A stretch of DNA of 64,000 bases from Clostridiales bacterium (lineage in GTDB: Bacteria > Bacillota > Clostridia > Christensenellales > UBA3700). The stretch is taken from NCBI GenBank assembly GCA_015055975.1, contig SVHF01000005.1, forward strand, positions 2,676 through 66,675. Direction: 5' to 3'. The position numbers were made by a program, and so were the translations under genes. Positions 59,319 through 64,000 of this stretch are shown one piece after another (the first letter of the stretch is position 1; every line of letters starts with the position of its first letter). Under the pieces are notes generated by a model that was given only the letters and a program-made list of their open reading frames with translations, had not been told where the DNA came from and ran no database searches.

Positions 59319-60080
59319 ATGGAATTTGGGTTTATAAGCGGAGATTTTCATACACACACTGTTTTTTCTCACGGAAAAGGCACAATTGAGCAAAATGTTC
59401 AAGAAGCAATAAAGCGTGGGCTTAAAGCTATTGCTATAACTGACCATGGATTTGGTCAACCTTTTGCAGGTATTACTCCTAAATCTTTTGAAATAATGAA
59501 AACACAAGTTGCAGATCTTCGAATTAAATATCCGGAGATTAGAATATTGCTTGGTGTTGAAGCAAATATTATTAAAAAAGATGGAACAATCGATTTAACA
59601 GATGAGCAAGAAAAACAAATGGATATTATTTTAGCTGGATATCATTTATCTGCTACAAAAAGAACTGTCCCAAGTCTATTAAGCCTTGCTGTGCCTGCGG
59701 TATTTGCTCAAATGGGAGTTTGTTCAAAAGGGCAGAAAAGACGCAATACAAAGACATATTTAGACGCCGTAAAGAAAAGAAAGATTGATGTTATAACTCA
59801 CCCTGGATATTTAATGCCAATAGATTATGTTGAGCTTGGGAAAGCGTGCGCAGATTTAGGAACTTATTTAGAGATTTCGTCACGCCATGTTATTCCAAAC
59901 GAAAGAGGACTTGAAGAGCTATTAAAAACGGATGTTAAGTTTATTATCAATTCTGATGCGCATGAATTGTATCAAATAGGGCATGTGAATTATGCACTAA
60001 GATTGATTGATAAATATCATATAGAAGATAGAGTTGTTAATCTAAATTCAATAGATTTTCCATTGAGGTCTAAATCTTAA
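59319..60080 (+). CDS. PHP domain phosphoesterase
   Basis: DFHTHT, ITDHG, GVEAN, THP, NSDAH. Confidence 0.88.
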   Translation: MEFGFISGDFHTHTVFSHGKGTIEQNVQEAIKRGLKAIAITDHGFGQPFAGITPKSFEIMKTQVADLRIKYPEIRILLGVEANIIKKDGTIDLTDEQEKQMDIILAGYHLSATKRTVPSLLSLAVPAVFAQMGVCSKGQKRRNTKTYLDAVKKRKIDVITHPGYLMPIDYVELGKACADLGTYLEISSRHVIPNERGLEELLKTDVKFIINSDAHELYQIGHVNYALRLIDKYHIEDRVVNLNSIDFPLRSKS

Positions 60081-61042
60081 TGAATTATACAGATGATGTT
60101 AAGAGGGAAATATATGCACAAGTGTTATCTGAAAGCTACGACAAAAAGTTTTCATATTTAACAGGGGTTACAAAGTCTTTAGCTCAAATAAATGCATTTA
60201 AAAAGGATGATAAAATCTTAACATATGAAATTAAAGATGCAGCGCTTGCAAATGTAGTTAGCAATCTTTTAATAGAACTATTCAATATTGAGCACGAAAT
60301 TGAATATGTAAATATTGATCCAAAGATGTATGTAATTACTCTTTTTGGGGACAAGGCTAATTCTATGTTAAAGTCAATGCATTTATCTCATTATGAAGGT
60401 GATAAGTTCGTTGAGATGGCGAATTCGTCACACATAGAGAAGATTTCAAACATGGAAAAGGCAGAAGGCTATCTTCAGGGTATCTTTAGCGCGTTAGGTA
60501 GTGTATACTATCCTCATCTAGATGAAAATCTAGAAAAGAAAGATAGGGGATATCATCTTGAGATAATCTTTTTAGAAAAAGAGCACGCCCTATCTACTCA
60601 GACAATGCTTGAAGAGTGCAAAATACCATTAACGTATATAGAAAGAGAATCAACATTTGCTCTATATTCGAAAAATAGTGAAAGAATATCTGATGTATTA
60701 GCATTCTTAGGCGCAAGCAACGCGGTATTGCAACTAAATAATATAAGTGCTCAACTATACATGAATAATGAAATAAATAGAGTTTCAAATATAGAAGCTG
60801 CAAACATGGATAAAGTTGCTATAGCAAATGCAAAATATATTGAAGCTATAGAACAAATAGATAAAAAGATAGGAATAAAACACATTCAAGATGAAAAGAT
60901 AAGGCTTGTTTGTGATGAAAGGTTGAAAGATAAATTGTCATCATTAAGTGCACTTGCAACAAAGCTTAATATGACAAAGAGCTCATTAAATAGAATATTT
61001 GCTAAGATATTAAAACTTAGAGATTCATTGGAGGATAAATAA
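60080..61042 (+). CDS. whiA: DNA-binding protein WhiA
   Basis: LAGLIDADG-like GYLQGIFSALGSV, YHLEI, LYSKNSERISDVLAFLGA, NRVSNIEAANMDK, C-terminal HTH. Confidence 0.88.
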   Translation: MNYTDDVKREIYAQVLSESYDKKFSYLTGVTKSLAQINAFKKDDKILTYEIKDAALANVVSNLLIELFNIEHEIEYVNIDPKMYVITLFGDKANSMLKSMHLSHYEGDKFVEMANSSHIEKISNMEKAEGYLQGIFSALGSVYYPHLDENLEKKDRGYHLEIIFLEKEHALSTQTMLEECKIPLTYIERESTFALYSKNSERISDVLAFLGASNAVLQLNNISAQLYMNNEINRVSNIEAANMDKVAIANAKYIEAIEQIDKKIGIKHIQDEKIRLVCDERLKDKLSSLSALATKLNMTKSSLNRIFAKILKLRDSLEDK

Positions 61043-64000
61043 TGGCAGATTTGAAATGCAAAGTAAAACCAGAAGACATGCTAGATACTGTACCTTTTGT
61101 GCATTTACATTTACACACTGAATATAGTTTGTTGGATGGTGCTGCAAGATTGACACAAGGTAGCTGTTCTCCATTATTTGATGAGTGTCTAAGATTGGGT
61201 ATGCCAGGTGTTGCTATAACTGACCACGGAAATATGATGGCTGCATATCCAGCATATACAACATGGAAAGCATATAAGAAATTCGTTCCTGAAGGAAAAG
61301 AGTTCAATGTTATATATGGTAATGAGTTCTATACAGTTGATGACATGCATAGACAAGAATCAACAAGAAGATATGATTATAACCACTTGGTAATTTTAGC
61401 AAAAACAAAGAAGGGCTTAGATAATTTAAGCGCGCTAACGAGTTTGTCTTATATTGAAGGTTATTATGGAAAACCAAGAATCGATTTGCAAACAATAAGA
61501 AAGTATTCAGAAGATTTAATTTGCTTATCTGCATGTTTAGCTGGTGTTATTCCACAATATCTTGTTCATGATGAATATGAAAAGGCAAAGGCATATGCGC
61601 TAGAACTTCAAAGTATATTCGGAAAGGAAGATTTCTATATAGAACTTCAAGATCATGGAATTCCTGAAGAAAGAAAGATACTTCCACTTTTATATAAAAT
61701 TGCACAAGAAATTGGGGCCAAAGTTGTTGCAACAAACGACGTTCACTATATTAAAAAGTCTGACGCTGAAGCTCATGACGTAATGTTATGTATTCAAACA
61801 GGTGCTAAGGTTTCTGACGAAAAGAGAATGAGATTTGATACTCAAGAGTTCTATCTAAAGAGCTACGAAGAAATGCAAAAGCTATTTTCATGGTGTCCAG
61901 AAGCTTTAACAAACACTGTTGAAGTAATGAATAAGTGTAAGGGCGTTGTATTTAAAGAAAGAGATATTGAAAGATTATATCCAACATATGTTCCACCAAC
62001 AGGGTTTACTCCTGAAACATATTTAAGAAAGCTTACAGAAGAAGGCTTAAAGAGAAGATATGGAGATAAATTAGGCCCAGAACAAATAGATAGAGCTAAT
62101 ATGGAATTGAAAGTAATTCACGATAAAGGGTTCGATTCTTATTATCTAGTTGTATGGGATTTTATTAACTATTCAAAGTCTGTAGATATTCCAATTGGAC
62201 CAGGAAGAGGTAGTGGTGTTGGGAGTATTGTTGCTTACGCAATAGGTATTACAAACGTAGAGCCATTGCAATACGATTTATTCTTTGAAAGATTCTTAAA
62301 TGTTGAAAGAAACTCACCACCAGATTTCGATATTGATATTTGTACAGAACGTCGTGGCGAAGTTATTGATTACGTAGTAAATAAATATGGTCGTGAAAAA
62401 GTTTGTCAAATTTTGACACTTGGAACTTTGAAGCCAAAGAATGCTATTGCCGATGTTGGTAGAGTGTATAACGTTCCTCTAGATTTAGTTAATAAGACTA
62501 AAAAGACATTGCCAAACGATCCAAAGCTAACACTTCCACAAGCACTTGGAAAAGCTTTTGATAAACAAGGCAACCCAATCCCTGGTATTCCAGAGTTTAT
62601 AGAGATATACGAATCAAACGAAGAAATGCGAAGAACAATAGATATGGCATGCAAGCTAGAGGGTATGCCAAAGAACATGTCTAAGCACGCAGCAGGTGTT
62701 GTTATCTGTAATGTTCCTGTCATTGATGCAATTCCAGTTTTAATTCAGAAAAAGGGCGATAAAGTTGATGTTGTAACTCAATTCCAAAAGACAGAAGTTG
62801 AAGAATTGGGACTTTTGAAGATGGACTTTTTAGGCCTTATCACTTTGACCGATATTCACCATGCGATTAAATATGTAAAAGAAGACCATGGTGTTGAGAT
62901 TAATTTTGATAATATGGGCGTTGATGACCCAGGCGTTTATAAAATGATTTCAGAAGGTGATACAGACTTTGTATTCCAACTTGAAAATGGTGGTATGCGT
63001 AAATTTATGACTCAAATGCAGCCAAATAACATTGAAGACTTAATAGCTGCCATTTCTTTGTATAGACCAGGCCCTATGGATTGTATTCCACAATATCTAG
63101 AGGCAAGAAAGCATCCTGAAAAGATTGTTTATCAAGACCCATGTTTGGAACCAATTTTAAAGATGACATTCGGCGTATTCGTATACCAAGAACAAGTTAT
63201 GAATGCTGCAAGAACAATGAGTACTTATTCTCTTGGAGAAGCTGATAATCTTCGTCGTGCTATGGGTAAAAAGAAAGCAGACGTTATGGCAAAGGAAAGA
63301 GAAAAGTTCTTAAAAGGTGCAGTTGAAGTTAGACATATTTCAAAAGATGCAGCAAATGCAACATTTGATATTATGGAAAAATTCGCAACTTATGCGTTCA
63401 ATAAATCTCACGCCGCAGCTTATGCATATATAGCATACCAAACTGCATATCTAAAGAAATATTATTATGTAGAACTTGCTTGCGCCATCTTAAATAACAG
63501 AATTACGAAATCTGACCAATTATTGAAATATATTAATATTGCTAAAAACCATGGCGTTGAAATCTTACCAGCAGACGTTAATAAGTCTCACGTCAAATTC
63601 AAGGTTGAAAATGGTGGTATAAGATTTGGTCTTACAGCTATTAAAAATATTGGGGAACAAGTTGCTGAAGAAATCGTAAAAGAAAGAGAAGCAAATGGTG
63701 AATATAAGTCTTTAGCAGATTTTGTTTCAAGATTAGATCAAGGCGTTGCAAATAAGACAACAATTGAAAACTGTACAAAAGCAGGAGCTATGGATTGTTT
63801 TGGACACACTAGAGCTACAATAATGCAAAATTATCCAGCAATCATAAAGAAGGCTCAAGAAGATAAAAAGAGAGCTGTAAATGGCCAAATGTCTCTATTT
63901 GATATGGGTGGAATGGATGATCCTGCATCTGTAGATAACATGATTGAAGTAAAAGAGTTTGCGAAACTAGATTTGCTTGCTCAAGAAAAAGAAGTTTTAA
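61042..64000 (+). CDS. dnaE: DNA polymerase III alpha subunit (partial, runs off window end)
   Basis: Not in the ORF track. ATG overlaps the whiA stop; FVHLHLHTEYSLLDG, ITDHG, GRGS, LFFERFLN, PDFDID, KMDFLGL, AFNKSHAAAY. Confidence 0.96.
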   Translation, partial: MADLKCKVKPEDMLDTVPFVHLHLHTEYSLLDGAARLTQGSCSPLFDECLRLGMPGVAITDHGNMMAAYPAYTTWKAYKKFVPEGKEFNVIYGNEFYTVDDMHRQESTRRYDYNHLVILAKTKKGLDNLSALTSLSYIEGYYGKPRIDLQTIRKYSEDLICLSACLAGVIPQYLVHDEYEKAKAYALELQSIFGKEDFYIELQDHGIPEERKILPLLYKIAQEIGAKVVATNDVHYIKKSDAEAHDVMLCIQTGAKVSDEKRMRFDTQEFYLKSYEEMQKLFSWCPEALTNTVEVMNKCKGVVFKERDIERLYPTYVPPTGFTPETYLRKLTEEGLKRRYGDKLGPEQIDRANMELKVIHDKGFDSYYLVVWDFINYSKSVDIPIGPGRGSGVGSIVAYAIGITNVEPLQYDLFFERFLNVERNSPPDFDIDICTERRGEVIDYVVNKYGREKVCQILTLGTLKPKNAIADVGRVYNVPLDLVNKTKKTLPNDPKLTLPQALGKAFDKQGNPIPGIPEFIEIYESNEEMRRTIDMACKLEGMPKNMSKHAAGVVICNVPVIDAIPVLIQKKGDKVDVVTQFQKTEVEELGLLKMDFLGLITLTDIHHAIKYVKEDHGVEINFDNMGVDDPGVYKMISEGDTDFVFQLENGGMRKFMTQMQPNNIEDLIAAISLYRPGPMDCIPQYLEARKHPEKIVYQDPCLEPILKMTFGVFVYQEQVMNAARTMSTYSLGEADNLRRAMGKKKADVMAKEREKFLKGAVEVRHISKDAANATFDIMEKFATYAFNKSHAAAYAYIAYQTAYLKKYYYVELACAILNNRITKSDQLLKYINIAKNHGVEILPADVNKSHVKFKVENGGIRFGLTAIKNIGEQVAEEIVKEREANGEYKSLADFVSRLDQGVANKTTIENCTKAGAMDCFGHTRATIMQNYPAIIKKAQEDKKRAVNGQMSLFDMGGMDDPASVDNMIEVKEFAKLDLLAQEKEVL

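Noticed and set aside
1384-62723. Many 60-175 aa ORFs antisense to or nested in long genes (e.g. 7122-7649, 9749-10234, 17011-17376, 29841-30239, 62406-62723)
   Set aside because: Shadow frames of well-supported genes; no SD or motifs.
1-64000. Alternative genetic code (TGA as Trp or Gly)
   Set aside because: TGA ends genes normally (e.g. 10221-10223) and conserved proteins are full length with TGG for Trp.
61042-64000. Intein or frameshift in dnaE, since it is missing from the ORF track
   Set aside because: Motifs appear in order with no obvious insertion; it is absent only because the stop lies outside the window.

Overview
AT-rich bacterial chromosome segment (standard genetic code; gene content and glycogen/whiA/dnaE organisation point to a Firmicute, probably Clostridia). 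The backbone is housekeeping: MATE, AEC transporter, ybaK, lysA, mgtE, gap, ClC, ABC-F, glgBCDAP plus debranching enzyme, PHP-whiA-dnaE (dnaE runs off the window end) and three tRNAs (Ser-GCT, Glu-CTC, Arg-CCT). Main accessory feature: a ~9.84 kb element (16765-26607) inserted at the 3' end of tRNA-Ser by a large serine recombinase whose ORF crosses the att site, so it has one C-terminus when integrated (reading through the tRNA's own terminator before any stop) and another when excised. The element carries a rolling-circle Rep-like ORF lacking both HUH histidines and the catalytic tyrosine, three CTTGATA nick-site-like hairpins, an ATPase plus RloB/TOPRIM (AbiL-like) pair, and a membrane XRE regulator with secreted-protein and cysteine-peptidase cargo. 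Also notable: a ~1940-aa membrane-spanning protein with cytoplasmic RicT-like and tandem YjbR-like domains behind a LytS/SARP-like two-component system; a candidate 17-aa leader-peptide attenuator upstream of mgtE; a CooC / 2-hydroxyacyl-CoA-dehydratase-family / activase / ACS-fragment operon with an unannotated 37-aa coupled ORF; a DUF3990-XRE pair with twin palindromic operators; and a RelB antitoxin whose toxin was deleted. All family assignments come from motif recognition by eye; no searches were run.
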